Shown piece by piece: positions 39,213 through 49,677 of a DNA stretch of 64,000 nt. The translations under genes and the position numbers were made by a program. How positions within the stretch are numbered: position 1 is the first letter of the stretch; each line of letters begins with the position of its first letter. The DNA is from Steroidobacteraceae bacterium (lineage in GTDB: Bacteria; Pseudomonadota; Gammaproteobacteria; Steroidobacterales; Steroidobacteraceae), in contig JBFXFJ010000005.1 of NCBI GenBank assembly GCA_050179155.1, positions 108,012-172,011 on the forward strand, given 5' to 3'. Under the pieces are notes generated by a model. It ran no database searches. It was not told the origin of the DNA and saw only the letters and a program-made list of their open reading frames with translations.

Positions 39213-40364
39213 TCAGCGGATGGCACGTAATTGACCCGCAGCGCGCTCCAGAGTTGCATCGTCCTTAGCAAAGCAGAAGCGGATCAGCCGCGCACGCGGC
39301 GGTTCGTTGCAGAATGGCGACAAGGGTATCGCAGCCACGCCGTGACGGCGCGTCAATTCCACGCAGAACTCGGTATCCGGCAGGTCCGAGACCGCCGAAT
39401 AGTCTGCCAGCTGGAAATACGTCCCCGCTGCCTTCGTGACGGCGAAACGCGAGCCCTGCAGCAACGAGATGAACCGGTCGCGTCGTTCCTGGTAAAACGC
39501 CGCGAGCCCGTCCGGGAAACCCGGTGCCTCGCGGATGAACTCCGCAATGGCGTACTGCATCGGGGTTGATACTGAAAAAGTCAGGAACTGGTGCACCTTC
39601 CGGAACTCGGTCGTCAACTCAGGCATCGCCAGGCAGTAACCGACTTTCCAGCCGGTCGCGTTGAAGGTCTTGCCGAACGAGAACACGCTAAACGCGCGCT
39701 CGCGCAGCCGTCGGTTTGATAGCGCACCCAGATGGCGGCGGCCGTCAAATACGAGGGAATCATAGACTTCGTCGGAAAGCACGTAGGCATCCCGCGATTC
39801 GAGAAGGTCCGCGATGCGGTCCCAGTCGCCCGCATCCAGCACCGCACCGGCGGGATTGAGCGGCGTATTGACGATGAGCAGCCGCGTGCGCGTATTGATC
39901 GCCGCGGCGAGCCGGTCGAAGTCGATGCCGAAATCGGGAGGTGCGAGCGGTACGTGGACGAGCCTGGCACCCGCAAGCTGCGCGGCCGGACCGTAGGAAT
40001 CGTAGCTTGGGTCCAGCACGATGACCTCGTCGCCGGCGCGCACGATCGCATGGATGGCGGCGAACAGCGCCTCGGTAGCGCCGGCCGTGATCGTCACTTC
40101 CTGCGCAGGATCGATCGCCCAGCCGTGGCGGCGCGCGGCCTGTTCCGCAATCGCCTCGCAGAGCGCCGGCAGCCCGGCCATCGGCGCGTACTGGTTGTGG
40201 CCCGCAGCTAGGTGCTGCTTCACCAGCTCGCGCAGGCGCGCGGGTGGCTGGAAGTCCGGAAATCCCTGGCCGAGGTTGATCGCGCCGGTCTCGGCCGCGA
40301 GCCGCGACATGACCGTGAAGATGGTCGTGCCGACGCCCGGCAGCTTGCTCTGCGGCGGCTGCAT
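39213..40364 (-). CDS. ybdL: class I/II aminotransferase, YbdL (methionine aminotransferase)-like
   Basis: Start at the ATG at 40364. Collinear with E. coli YbdL as I recall it: NLGQGFPDF, NQYAPMAGLPAL, SFGKTFNATGWKVGYC and RFCFAK. Confidence 0.85.
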   Translation of the reverse strand: MQPPQSKLPGVGTTIFTVMSRLAAETGAINLGQGFPDFQPPARLRELVKQHLAAGHNQYAPMAGLPALCEAIAEQAARRHGWAIDPAQEVTITAGATEALFAAIHAIVRAGDEVIVLDPSYDSYGPAAQLAGARLVHVPLAPPDFGIDFDRLAAAINTRTRLLIVNTPLNPAGAVLDAGDWDRIADLLESRDAYVLSDEVYDSLVFDGRRHLGALSNRRLRERAFSVFSFGKTFNATGWKVGYCLAMPELTTEFRKVHQFLTFSVSTPMQYAIAEFIREAPGFPDGLAAFYQERRDRFISLLQGSRFAVTKAAGTYFQLADYSAVSDLPDTEFCVELTRRHGVAAIPLSPFCNEPPRARLIRFCFAKDDATLERAAGQLRAIR

Positions 40365-41206
40365 CAGAGATTGGCTGCGAGTGCCTGCTGCACGTCCCGG
40401 TCGCGCCGTTTCTGCTGGCGCTGCATGTAGAGGCCCGCGACGACGATACCGATCGCGACGATCAGCACCAGGATCGTCGCGAGCGCGTTGATATCCGGAC
40501 TGACACCGAGCCGCACCTTGGAGAAGATCACGATCGGCAGCGTGCTCGAGCCCGGGCCCGTGACGAAGCTCGTGATCACGAGGTCGTCCCAGGACAGCGT
40601 AAAGGCCAGCAGCCAGCCCGCGAGGATCGCGGGCAGGATGATCGGCAGAGTAATGAGGAAGAAGACCTTGGCCGGCCGCGCGCCGAGATCCATAGCCGCT
40701 TCCTCGAGCGATTCGTCGAGCGCCGCGAGACGCGACTGGACGACCACCGTCACATAGGCCATCGAGAAGGTCATGTGCGCGATCACGATGGTCGTGATGC
40801 CGCGCCCCTCGGGCCAGCCGATCGCCTGCTCCATGGCGACGAACAGCAGCAGCAGTGACAGGCCGGTGATGACTTCCGGCATCACCAGCGGCGCGGTCGC
40901 CATGCCGGTCAGCAGCGCGCGGCCGCGGAAGCGGCCGAAGCGGGCGAGCGCGAGTCCGGCGAGCGTGCCGAGGATGGTCGCCCCGGTCGCGTTCATCGCT
41001 GCGATCTTGAACGACAGCCAGGCGGCGTCCAGCACCTGCTCGTTCCGGAACAGCGCGCCGTACCACTTGGTGGAAAAGCCGCCCCATACCGTGACGAGCC
41101 GCGACTCATTGAACGAGTAGACGATCAGCGACAGGATCGGGATGTAGAGAAACAGGAATCCCGCGACCATCATCGCCGGCACGAAGATCGGGCGGCTGCG
41201 CCTCAC
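40364..41206 (-). CDS. potI: putrescine/polyamine ABC transporter permease
   Basis: A GTG start at 41206 overlaps the potH stop (GTGA). Six TM segments and the EAA-loop region EEAAMDLGARPAKVFFLITLP. Confidence 0.85.
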   Translation of the reverse strand: MRRSRPIFVPAMMVAGFLFLYIPILSLIVYSFNESRLVTVWGGFSTKWYGALFRNEQVLDAAWLSFKIAAMNATGATILGTLAGLALARFGRFRGRALLTGMATAPLVMPEVITGLSLLLLFVAMEQAIGWPEGRGITTIVIAHMTFSMAYVTVVVQSRLAALDESLEEAAMDLGARPAKVFFLITLPIILPAILAGWLLAFTLSWDDLVITSFVTGPGSSTLPIVIFSKVRLGVSPDINALATILVLIVAIGIVVAGLYMQRQQKRRDRDVQQALAANL

Positions 41207-42147
41207 CGGTGCGCCCCAAGCTGCTGGCCCTGCGAACGCTGCAGGATCATGATCGGCACCACGAGCAGCAGCAACATGGCAATCGCGACCGCGCTCGCGA
41301 TCGGCCAGTCGCGATTGTTGAAGAACTCCTCCCACAGCACCCGCCCGATCATCAGCGAGTCCGGTCCGCCGAGCAGCGCCGGGATCACGAACTCGCCGAC
41401 GGCCGGTATGAACACGAGCATGCAGCCGGCGATGATGCCGCCCATGGTCAGCGGCACGGTGATGCGGAAGAACGCCTTGACCGGGCGGCAGCCGAGGTCG
41501 GCCGCGGCCTCGAGCAGCGACAGGTCCAGTTTCTCGATCGCCGTGTAGAGCGGCAGCACCATGAACGGCAGGTAGGAATAGACGATGCCGAGGTAGACGG
41601 CAAAATCCGTCTGCAGCATGACGATCGGCTCGTCGATGACGCCGAGCCACATCAGGAAATTGTTGATTACGCCGTTGTTCTTGAGGATGCCGATCCAGGA
41701 ATAGACCCGGAGCAGGAACGAGGTCCAGAACGGCAGCATTACCAGCAACAGCAGCAGGTTTCGCCACGCGGGCTTGCTGCGGGCGATGCCGTAGGCCATC
41801 GGGTAGCCGATCAGCAGGCAGAACAGCGTGGACACGCCCGCGGTCCGGATCGAGTTCAGGTAGGCATTGCGATACAGCGCATCCTCCCAGAGGAAGGCGT
41901 AATTCGCCAGGTTGACCCTGAACTCCATCACCTGCGCGGATGCCCAGGTGACGAGCGGCTCGTAGGGCGGCATCGCCATCTGCATCTGCGAGACGGAAAT
42001 CTTGAGCACGATCAGGAACGGCACCAGGAAGAACAGCAGCAGCCACAGGTAGGGCACGCTGATGACCGCGGTCCGGCCGCTGTAGCCGCGGCGGCGCAGG
42101 CCCTGTCTCGCCCAGCGCCAGGGTCCGTGCGCGCGGATCCAGGCCAT
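41203..42147 (-). CDS. potH: putrescine/polyamine ABC transporter permease
   Basis: PYLWLLLFFLVPFLIVLKIS and EAAADLGCRPVKAFFRITVP. I chose the ATG at 42147; the alternative is the GTG at 42204, which overlaps the potG stop. Confidence 0.85.
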   Translation of the reverse strand: MAWIRAHGPWRWARQGLRRRGYSGRTAVISVPYLWLLLFFLVPFLIVLKISVSQMQMAMPPYEPLVTWASAQVMEFRVNLANYAFLWEDALYRNAYLNSIRTAGVSTLFCLLIGYPMAYGIARSKPAWRNLLLLLVMLPFWTSFLLRVYSWIGILKNNGVINNFLMWLGVIDEPIVMLQTDFAVYLGIVYSYLPFMVLPLYTAIEKLDLSLLEAAADLGCRPVKAFFRITVPLTMGGIIAGCMLVFIPAVGEFVIPALLGGPDSLMIGRVLWEEFFNNRDWPIASAVAIAMLLLLVVPIMILQRSQGQQLGAHR

Positions 42148-42200
42148 CAGCTCCGCCAGCAGGAACGGCGGCTGGCCCGTGCCCGCGCTGCGCAACCGCT

Positions 42201-43346
42201 TCACTGCGTGACCACCACCGGACTCGAGGAATCCCACGACAGCCACACCGGATCGTCCCAGCGGATGCGGTCGCCGCTGCCCTGCCGCAGCGTGTTCGGC
42301 TGGGTCACGCGCACCTGCCGGCCGCTGGCCAGGCGCACCAGATAGACCGACTGGTCGCCGCGATAGGCAACTTCCGACACCACGCCCTCGATCCGGTTGT
42401 CGTCGCCGCCCTCCGGGCGTTCCCGCGAAACCTGGATCTTCTCCGGCCGCAGCGCGACCCACACGGTCGCGTCCGGCGCGGCGCTGACGCCGTGGCCAAT
42501 GTGGAAAGTGCCGCCGAGTTCGTCCGACGCCACGCGCACGTAGTCAGGCTCGTCCTCGACCAGCCGGCCCTCGAACATGTTGACCGAACCGATGAAATCC
42601 GCGACGAAGCGCGACGTCGGATACTCGTAGATGTCGCTCGGCGTGCCCACCTGCACGATCGCGCCGTGGTTCATCACGCCGATGCGCGTGGCAAGGGTCA
42701 TCGCCTCCTCCTGGTCGTGCGTCACGACCACGAAGGTGACGCCGATCGTCTCCTGGATGTTGATCAGTTCGAACTGCGTGTGCTCGCGCAGCTTCTTGTC
42801 GAGCGCGGCGAGCGGCTCGTCCAGCAGCAGCAGCTTGGGACGCTTGACCAGCGAGCGCGCGAGCGCGACCCGCTGGCGCTGGCCGCCGGACAGCTGGTGG
42901 GGCGCGCGGTCTGCGTACTGTTCCATGCGCACCAGTTTCAGGATCTCCGCGACGCGGTCGATGATCTCGCCTTTCGGCAGCCGGTCCTGGTTCAGGCCGA
43001 AAGCCACGTTCTTTCGCACGCTCATGTGCGGGAACAGCGCGTACGACTGGAACATCATGTTGACCGGCCGCTCGTAGGGCGGCATCGCCGTCACGTCCGC
43101 GCCGTCGATCCAGATGGACCCGGCGGTCGGCGTCTCGAACCCCGCCATCATCCGCAGCAGCGTGGTCTTGCCGCAGCCGGATCCGCCCAGCAGGCAGAAG
43201 ATCTCGCCGCGATAGATATTGAGTGACACGTCGTCGACGGCGACGAATTCGCCGAACTTCTTCGTGACCTTGTCGATCCGCACGTAGGGCTCTGCGCCCG
43301 GATTCTTCCAGGGCTCGTTGCGTTGCTCCGGTCGCGCGTTGGCCAT
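42201..43346 (-). CDS. potG: polyamine ABC transporter ATP-binding protein
   Basis: Walker A GGSGCGKTT, signature LSGGQRQR, Walker B LLLDEP, and a C-terminal TOBE-like domain. Confidence 0.9.
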   Translation of the reverse strand: MANARPEQRNEPWKNPGAEPYVRIDKVTKKFGEFVAVDDVSLNIYRGEIFCLLGGSGCGKTTLLRMMAGFETPTAGSIWIDGADVTAMPPYERPVNMMFQSYALFPHMSVRKNVAFGLNQDRLPKGEIIDRVAEILKLVRMEQYADRAPHQLSGGQRQRVALARSLVKRPKLLLLDEPLAALDKKLREHTQFELINIQETIGVTFVVVTHDQEEAMTLATRIGVMNHGAIVQVGTPSDIYEYPTSRFVADFIGSVNMFEGRLVEDEPDYVRVASDELGGTFHIGHGVSAAPDATVWVALRPEKIQVSRERPEGGDDNRIEGVVSEVAYRGDQSVYLVRLASGRQVRVTQPNTLRQGSGDRIRWDDPVWLSWDSSSPVVVTQ

Positions 43347-43358
43347 CGGGTCAGCCGG

Positions 43359-44489
43359 TCATTGCCCGGTCCGGAAGCGTGTCCAGGCGCGATTCAGTTC
43401 GCGGCTGAACTCCGGCGACTCGGCGAGATCCGGTTGCAGGCGCGCGCGAACCTCCGCGCTCGGGTAGATCGCCGGATCGTCGCGCACCTGCGCGTCGACC
43501 AGCGGCAGCGACGCGGCATTGCCGTTTGCAAACCGGGTCTTGTTCGAAACCCTGGCGATGACGGCCGGATCCATCATGAAGTTCAGGAACTCGTGGGCGT
43601 TGCCGGGATGGGGCGCATCGGCCGGTATCGCAAACAGGTCGAAATAGTTGATCGCGCCTTCCTTCGGGATCGCATAGGCGACCCGGACCGGATTCGCCGC
43701 TTCGGCGCCGCGATCCCGCGCCTGCAACACGTCGCCGTTCCAGCCGACCGCCACGCAGATCTCGCCCGAGGCGAGATCGTTGATATACGAGGACGAGTGG
43801 AGATACTTCACGTACGGCCGGACCTTCATCAGCGTTTCCTCGACGACCGCGAGGTCTTCCGGCTTCTCGCTGTTCGGGTCGAGGCCCTTGTAGATCGAGA
43901 CCGAGGCGAAGATATCGGTCGGCGAATCGAGCATCGCGATCCCGCATTTTGCGAGTTTCGCCGCATTCCCGGGCTCGAGGACCGCGCTCCAGCTGTCGAT
44001 CGTTTCGGTGCCGAGCGCCTTCTTGACCAAGTCGACGTTGTAGCCGATCCCGACCGTGCCCCATAGATAGGTGATCGCGTGCTCGTTTCCCGGGTCGTGC
44101 AGCGCCGTGCGCTCCATGATGTCCCGGTCCATGTTGACGAGGTTCGGGAGGCGGGACTTGTCCAGCTTCAGGTAGACGCCGGCCTCGATCTGGCGCTCGA
44201 GGAACGGGGCAGTCGGCACGACGACGTCATATCCCGAGCGGCCTGCCAGCAGCTTGGTCTCGAGGACCTCGTTGGAGTCCATGACGGCGTAGGTGACCTT
44301 GATCCCGGTCGCCGCCTCGAAGTCGGCGACCGTCGTGTCGCCGATATAGTCGGACCAGTTATAGACGAACAATTCCTTCTGTTCCGCCGCAGCCGGCGAC
44401 CCGGCGCCATCGCCTTCATCTCCGCCGCCGCAGGACGCCAGCAGCGCGAGGGCGGCCAGGCAGGACAGGTACCGGGAAACACCGCGCAT
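43359..44489 (-). CDS. potF: polyamine (putrescine/spermidine) ABC transporter periplasmic binding lipoprotein
   Basis: Start at the ATG at 44489, after GGAGG. Lipobox LLASC and PotF/SpuD-like sequence (LFVYNWSDYI, YLWGTVGIGYN). Confidence 0.85.
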   Translation of the reverse strand: MRGVSRYLSCLAALALLASCGGGDEGDGAGSPAAAEQKELFVYNWSDYIGDTTVADFEAATGIKVTYAVMDSNEVLETKLLAGRSGYDVVVPTAPFLERQIEAGVYLKLDKSRLPNLVNMDRDIMERTALHDPGNEHAITYLWGTVGIGYNVDLVKKALGTETIDSWSAVLEPGNAAKLAKCGIAMLDSPTDIFASVSIYKGLDPNSEKPEDLAVVEETLMKVRPYVKYLHSSSYINDLASGEICVAVGWNGDVLQARDRGAEAANPVRVAYAIPKEGAINYFDLFAIPADAPHPGNAHEFLNFMMDPAVIARVSNKTRFANGNAASLPLVDAQVRDDPAIYPSAEVRARLQPDLAESPEFSRELNRAWTRFRTGQ

Positions 44490-44565
44490 GAATGCCTCCA
44501 GCATCGGGAAACCGTGCGGTCGATACTACCGCGGGCGCGACTTCGCGCCCACTGCCCGGTGCCCG

Positions 44566-45951
44566 TCAGCCGGCACCGATGTCCGCGGCGGTCAGGTCGA
44601 GGCAGCGGCGCGCCTTTTCGATCATCTCGTCCACCTCGCTGCGCTCGATGACGAGTGGCGGCGCCATGATCATCGTGTCGCGGGTCGCGCGCATGACCAG
44701 GCCGTTGTTGAAGCAGTGGTCGCGGCAGATGAGGCCGGTCGCGCCACGGTTGCGGAAGAAGGTCCGGCTGCCCTTGTGCGCCACGAGTTCGAGCGCACCG
44801 ATCATGCCGACGCCGCGGACCTCGCCGACCAGCGGGTGATCGGCCAGTTCGCGCCAGCGCCGCTGCAGGTAGGGCCCGATGTCGTCGCGCGCGCGCTCCA
44901 CGAGCTTCTCGCGGCGCATGATGCCGAGGTTCTCGATCGCCACCGCGCAGGCAACCGGGTGCCCTGACCAGGTGAACCCGTGATTGAACTCTCCGCCCTT
45001 GTCGACCAGGACCTGGGCAACCCGGTCGGAAACCATGGCGCCGCCCAGCGGCTGGTAGCCGGACGTGATGCCCTTGGCGATGGTCATGAAGTCCGGCTCG
45101 AAGCCGAAATGCTCGCAACCGAACCAGCGGCCGGTGCGCCCGAAGCCGCAGATCACCTCGTCGGCGATCAGCAGGATCCCGTATTCGCGGCAGATGCGCT
45201 GGATTTCCGGCCAGTAGGTTTCCGGCGGGATGATCACGCCGCCGGCGCCCTGGATCGGCTCGCCGATGAACGCCGCGACCCGTTCCGGCCCCAGCTCCTC
45301 GATCTTCTCGGCCAGGCGCCGCGCCGCGCGCAGGCCGTACTCCGCAGGGTCAAGGTCGATGCCGTTCTCGTACCAGTACGGCTGCTCGATGTGGACGATG
45401 TCCGGGATCGGCAGCCCGCCCTGGGCGTGCATGGCCGACATGCCGCCGAGGCTCGCGCCCGCCATGGTGCTGCCGTGATAGGCATTCACGCGGCTGACGA
45501 TGACGCTGCGCTTCGGCTGGCCCATCAGGTCCCAGTAACGGCGCGTCATGCGCACGATCGTGTCGTTCGCCTCGGAACCGGAATTCGTGAAGAACACGTG
45601 GTTGAACTGCGGCGGCGTCAGCTCGGCGAGCAGCCTCGAAAGCTCGATCGCCGGCGGATGCGCGCTCTTGAAGAAGCTGTTGTAGAACGGCAGCTCGCGC
45701 ATCTGGCGCGCGGCAACGTCGGCGAGCTCGTTGCGGCCATAACCGATGTTGACGCACCAGAGTCCGGACATCGCATCCAGGACCTGGCGCCCCTCGGAGT
45801 CGTAGAGGTAGACACCCTCCGCTCGCGTGATGATCCGCGAGCCCTCGGCCGCCAGCGCACGGAAGTCCGTGAACGGATGAAGATAGTGCCGGGCATCGAG
45901 CTCCTGCCAGTCGCTGGTCGCTCGTTCCGTGATGCGGGGTTTTGCGCTCAT
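44566..45951 (-). CDS. spuC: class III aminotransferase, putrescine-pyruvate (SpuC-like)
   Basis: 461 aa with motifs HYLHPFTDF, GLWCVNIGYGR, DEVICGFGRTG and TIAKGITSGY. Confidence 0.85.
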   Translation of the reverse strand: MSAKPRITERATSDWQELDARHYLHPFTDFRALAAEGSRIITRAEGVYLYDSEGRQVLDAMSGLWCVNIGYGRNELADVAARQMRELPFYNSFFKSAHPPAIELSRLLAELTPPQFNHVFFTNSGSEANDTIVRMTRRYWDLMGQPKRSVIVSRVNAYHGSTMAGASLGGMSAMHAQGGLPIPDIVHIEQPYWYENGIDLDPAEYGLRAARRLAEKIEELGPERVAAFIGEPIQGAGGVIIPPETYWPEIQRICREYGILLIADEVICGFGRTGRWFGCEHFGFEPDFMTIAKGITSGYQPLGGAMVSDRVAQVLVDKGGEFNHGFTWSGHPVACAVAIENLGIMRREKLVERARDDIGPYLQRRWRELADHPLVGEVRGVGMIGALELVAHKGSRTFFRNRGATGLICRDHCFNNGLVMRATRDTMIMAPPLVIERSEVDEMIEKARRCLDLTAADIGAG

Positions 45952-45964
45952 GGGGCCTCGCCGT

Positions 45965-47299
45965 TCAGACGTTCAGCAACAGGTGCTCGCGTTCCCACGA
46001 GCTGATCACCCGCGAGAAGGTCTCGTACTCATTCTCCTTCACGGCACCATAGGCTGCCACGAATCGTTCGCCGAACAGCTCGACCAGCGGTTTGCAGCCT
46101 CGCAGCAGGGCCAGCGCGTCGGCCAGCGTCATCGGCAGCGCGAATGGCAGGTCGTAGGCCGAGCCGGTAATCGGCTCGGTCGGCTTCAGCCCTTCGATCA
46201 TGCCAAGGTATCCGCAGGCAAGTGACGCGGCGATCGCCAGATAGGAGTTCGCGTCGGCTCCGCCGAGGCGGTTCTCGACGCGGCGCGCCTGCGGCTCGGA
46301 GTGCGGAACCCGCAGTCCGGCCGTGCGATTGTCCAGGCCCCACTGCACGTTGATCGGCGCCGAGTTGTAGCGCGTGATGCGCCGGTAGCTGTTGACGTTC
46401 GGCGCGAACAGCGACATCGCCGCTGGCAGGTATTTCTGCAGCCCCGCGATGTGCGACTCGAACAGCGCCGTCGGCTTGCCTTCCGCATCGCTGAACACGT
46501 TGTCGCCGGTCTTCGAATCCACGATGCTCTGGTGGATGTGCATCGCGCTGCCCGGCTCGCCGGCCAGCGGCTTCGCCATGAAGGTCGCGTACATCTTGTG
46601 CCGGATCGCGGCCTCGCGCGCCGTGCGCTTGAACAGGAACGCCTGGTCGGCGAGGTCGAGCGCATCGCCGTGGTTCAGGTTGATCTCCATCTGCGCCGCG
46701 CCCGCCTCGTGGATCAGCGTGTCGATGTCGAGGTCCTGCGCTTCGCAGAAGGCATAGATGTCGTCGAACAGCGGGTCGAACTCGTTGACCGCCGCAATGC
46801 TGTAGGCCTGACGACCGATCTCCGGCCGTCCCGAGCGGCCGACCGGCGGTTTCAACGGGTAGTCGGCGTCGGTGTTCGGCTCGACCAGGAAAAACTCGAG
46901 TTCGGGCGCGACCACCGGCCGCCAGCCGCGCGCCGCGTAGAGCTCGAGCACGCGGCGCAGGACGTAGCGCGGCGCCATCGGTACCGGGCGGCCATCGTCG
47001 TAAGTGCAGTCATGGATCACCTGCGCCGTCGGCTCCGCGGCCCAGGGGACGACGCGGATGGTCCGTGGATCGCCGGTCAGGACCACGTCGATCTCCGACG
47101 GGTGGATCGAGCTGTCGTCGTCCGGATATTCGCCGGTCACGGTCTGCAGGAAGATGGATTCCGGCAGCCGCATGCCCTCATCTTCGGCGTACTTCGCCGC
47201 CGGCATGATCTTGCCGCGCGCGACGCCCGCCATGTCCGGGACGATCGCCTCGACCTCGGTGATCGCATGATCCTTCAGGAACTGGTGGATGTCGCTCAT
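45965..47299 (-). CDS. puuA: glutamine synthetase family protein, gamma-glutamylpolyamine synthetase-like
   Basis: Start at the ATG at 47299 (ATGA overlap with the upstream gene). Motifs APELEFFLV, GSAMHIHQS and NSYRRI. Confidence 0.85.
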   Translation of the reverse strand: MSDIHQFLKDHAITEVEAIVPDMAGVARGKIMPAAKYAEDEGMRLPESIFLQTVTGEYPDDDSSIHPSEIDVVLTGDPRTIRVVPWAAEPTAQVIHDCTYDDGRPVPMAPRYVLRRVLELYAARGWRPVVAPELEFFLVEPNTDADYPLKPPVGRSGRPEIGRQAYSIAAVNEFDPLFDDIYAFCEAQDLDIDTLIHEAGAAQMEINLNHGDALDLADQAFLFKRTAREAAIRHKMYATFMAKPLAGEPGSAMHIHQSIVDSKTGDNVFSDAEGKPTALFESHIAGLQKYLPAAMSLFAPNVNSYRRITRYNSAPINVQWGLDNRTAGLRVPHSEPQARRVENRLGGADANSYLAIAASLACGYLGMIEGLKPTEPITGSAYDLPFALPMTLADALALLRGCKPLVELFGERFVAAYGAVKENEYETFSRVISSWEREHLLLNV

Positions 47300-48054
47300 C
47301 GGGTCCGCCTCGTCGCGTATGCGCGCCCGGCCTCGCCAAAGGCCGCAAACAGCGCGCGGGAAAACGGGTTCTCCATGACCTTCCATTCCGGATGCCATTG
47401 CACGGCGAGCGCAAAGGCCGGCGCGCCATCGACGCGAAATGCCTCGACCACGCCGTCGTCCGCCTTCGCCTCGGCGACCAGCCGGCGGCCGAGGCGTTCG
47501 ACGCCCTGCGAGTGCAGCGAATTGACCCGGATGCGCCGCTCGCCCGCGAGGCAGTGCAGCAGGCCGCCCTCGGCGAGCTCGACGTCGTGCGCCGGCGCGT
47601 ACTGCGTCTCGAGCGGCTGCGTCGCATCCTCGCGATGGTCGAAGTGCCCCGGCTGTTCCTGCAGCTTCTGGATCAGCGAGCCGCCAAAGGCCACGTTCAT
47701 TTCCTGGAAGCCGCGGCAGATGCCGAATACCGGCAGGCCGGCGTCGACCGCGCCCTGGATCATCGGCAGCGTGGTCGCGTCGCGCTCGGGATCGTGCCAG
47801 GTCCCGGGTGCCGAGGCGGGCCCCTGGTAATGGTGCGGCTCGACATTCGACGGGCTGCCGGTGAACAGGATGCCGTCGAAGGACTCGAGCCACTCCTGCA
47901 GGTACCGCTCGCCGAGCGCAGGGACCAGCACGGGCACCGCATCGGCCGCCTGGGCCACCGCCGCGATGTACTTTTCGCCGACGCAGTGGAACCAGTGCGA
48001 GCCCAAGAGTCTGCGATCGGCGGGAATTCCGATGACTGGTTTCCGCATATGCAT
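47296..48054 (-). CDS. spuA: gamma-glutamyl-gamma-aminobutyrate hydrolase (class I glutamine amidotransferase, SpuA/PuuD-hydrolase type)
   Basis: 252 aa with motifs GIPADRR, PVFGICRGFQEMNV and SLHSQG..WHPE. Confidence 0.85.
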   Translation of the reverse strand: MHMRKPVIGIPADRRLLGSHWFHCVGEKYIAAVAQAADAVPVLVPALGERYLQEWLESFDGILFTGSPSNVEPHHYQGPASAPGTWHDPERDATTLPMIQGAVDAGLPVFGICRGFQEMNVAFGGSLIQKLQEQPGHFDHREDATQPLETQYAPAHDVELAEGGLLHCLAGERRIRVNSLHSQGVERLGRRLVAEAKADDGVVEAFRVDGAPAFALAVQWHPEWKVMENPFSRALFAAFGEAGRAYATRRTR

Positions 48055-48297
48055 CTGTTAATTATTTTGAACGGCCACCGGCGGGGTGGCCTGTCCGACG
48101 CCCATATTGTCTCACAATCCGGGGGCCAGGCGCCCCGCCGGATCCACGGGCAATAATGCATTCTGGCGGGCCGTATTGGGGCCTCCCGCGGGATTATGTT
48201 GCACTGCATAAGCCTTGCCGGGGTCGAGTGCGGGTGGTTATCCTGCCCCGCGGCCATCTCCGGCCTGCGCCACAAGATCTTAAACGCCAGGTGCGCT

Positions 48298-49677
48298 ATG
48301 GCCCTGCTCCGGGACGATTATTCGAATGCAGAGGCTTTCCTCGCGGCGCGGCCGGCGATCAAGGTCGTGGACCTGTTGCTGCCGGATCTCTGCGCCGTGC
48401 TGCGCGGCAAGCGCGTCGACCTCGCCGACCTGCCAGGCATCTACGAACGGGGCATGTTCCTGCCCGGCTCGATGTTCGCGCTCGACGTGCTGGGCGGCAC
48501 GATCCAGACCACCGGGCTCGGCTTCGACGAGGGCGACGCCGACCGGCCCTGCCTTCCGGTCCCGGGCAGCCTGTTCGCCTCCCCCTGGCTCGGGCCGGGC
48601 GTGGCGCAGCTGCAGGTGCAGATGCTGGACCATGACGGCCAGCCGTTCTACGGCGATCCGCGGCACCAGCTCGACAGCGTGCTCGAGCGCTTCGGCGCGC
48701 GTGGCTGGCGGCCGGTCGTTGCCATCGAACTCGAGTTCTATTTCGTCGATCCCGAGCGGACCGCCGATGGCCATGCACAGCCGCCGCGCTCGCGCCTCAC
48801 GGGGCGGCGCGAGAACCGCACGCAGATCAACTCGATGGCAGATCTCGATTCCGTCTCCGACATCCTCTCGGAAATCGCGGCGACCTGCGCGGAGCAGGAC
48901 GTCCCGACCGGCACGGCGCTCGCCGAATACGGCCCCAGCCAGTGGGAAGTCAACCTTCGCCACGTCGCCGATGCGCGCCTCGCCTGCGACCAGGCCATCC
49001 GCTTCAAGCGCATCGTCAAGGGCGTTGCGTTGCGCAACGGCCTCGAAGCCACCTTCATGGCCAAGCCCTATGGCGACATGGCCGGCAGTGGCATGCACAT
49101 CCACGTCAGCGTGCAGGACGAAAGCGGCCAGAACCTGTTCGCTTCGGCGGATGCCCTCGGCAACGAACTGATGAAGCAGGCCGCCGCCGGCCTGCTCGCG
49201 ACCATGGCGGACGGCATGGCCGTGTTCGCGCCGAATGCCAACAGCTATCGCCGCCTGCGTCCCGAGACCTACGTGCCGATGCACGCGACCTGGGGTTACA
49301 ACAACCGCGGCGTCGCGGTGCGCGTGCCGGTCTCCGGCCCCGAGGACCGGCGCGTCGAGCATCGGGTCGCGGGCGCCGACGCGAATCCCTACCTGGTCGC
49401 CGCGGTCGTGCTCTCGGGCATGCTGCACGGCATCGAGAAGAAGCTCGCCGCACCGGCGGCCCTCACCGGCAATGCCTACACGCAACGGCTGCAGGCGCCG
49501 CGCCTGCCCGGCGACTGGCCGACCGCGCTTGCGCGCTTCAGCGCGAGCAGCTTCCTGCGTGAGTATCTCGGCGACCGTTTCGTGCGCCTCTATGAATTGA
49601 CGCGCCGCGGCGAGATGCAGGACTTCAATTCGCGCCTCACCGCACTGGATTTCGCGTGGTACCTGGAAACGACATGA
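48298..49677 (+). CDS. glutamine synthetase family protein, second gamma-glutamylpolyamine synthetase paralog (SpuB-like)
   Basis: Start at the ATG at 48298. Motifs IELEFYFVD, GSGMHIHVS, NSYRRL and GADANPY. Confidence 0.85.
   Translation: MALLRDDYSNAEAFLAARPAIKVVDLLLPDLCAVLRGKRVDLADLPGIYERGMFLPGSMFALDVLGGTIQTTGLGFDEGDADRPCLPVPGSLFASPWLGPGVAQLQVQMLDHDGQPFYGDPRHQLDSVLERFGARGWRPVVAIELEFYFVDPERTADGHAQPPRSRLTGRRENRTQINSMADLDSVSDILSEIAATCAEQDVPTGTALAEYGPSQWEVNLRHVADARLACDQAIRFKRIVKGVALRNGLEATFMAKPYGDMAGSGMHIHVSVQDESGQNLFASADALGNELMKQAAAGLLATMADGMAVFAPNANSYRRLRPETYVPMHATWGYNNRGVAVRVPVSGPEDRRVEHRVAGADANPYLVAAVVLSGMLHGIEKKLAAPAALTGNAYTQRLQAPRLPGDWPTALARFSASSFLREYLGDRFVRLYELTRRGEMQDFNSRLTALDFAWYLETT

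Noticed and set aside
39213-42462. Apparent fusion proteins in the ORF track: 39213..41087, 40364..42046 and 41203..42462. Similar N-terminal extensions occur at 45965..47893, 55160..57340, 27047..28501, 31261..32706 and 33517..35022.
   Set aside because: In each case the N-terminal extension is the out-of-frame shadow of the upstream gene. A proper start (ATG or GTG, often overlapping the upstream stop by 1-4 nt) restores normal family-typical lengths.
48055-48297. Sigma-54 or palindromic sites in the spuA/spuB divergent region (ggcctgtccgacgc, ttatgttgcactgcataa).
   Set aside because: The GG/GC spacing or the TTGC core is off by one or missing, and the palindrome holds only for the outer 5 nt.
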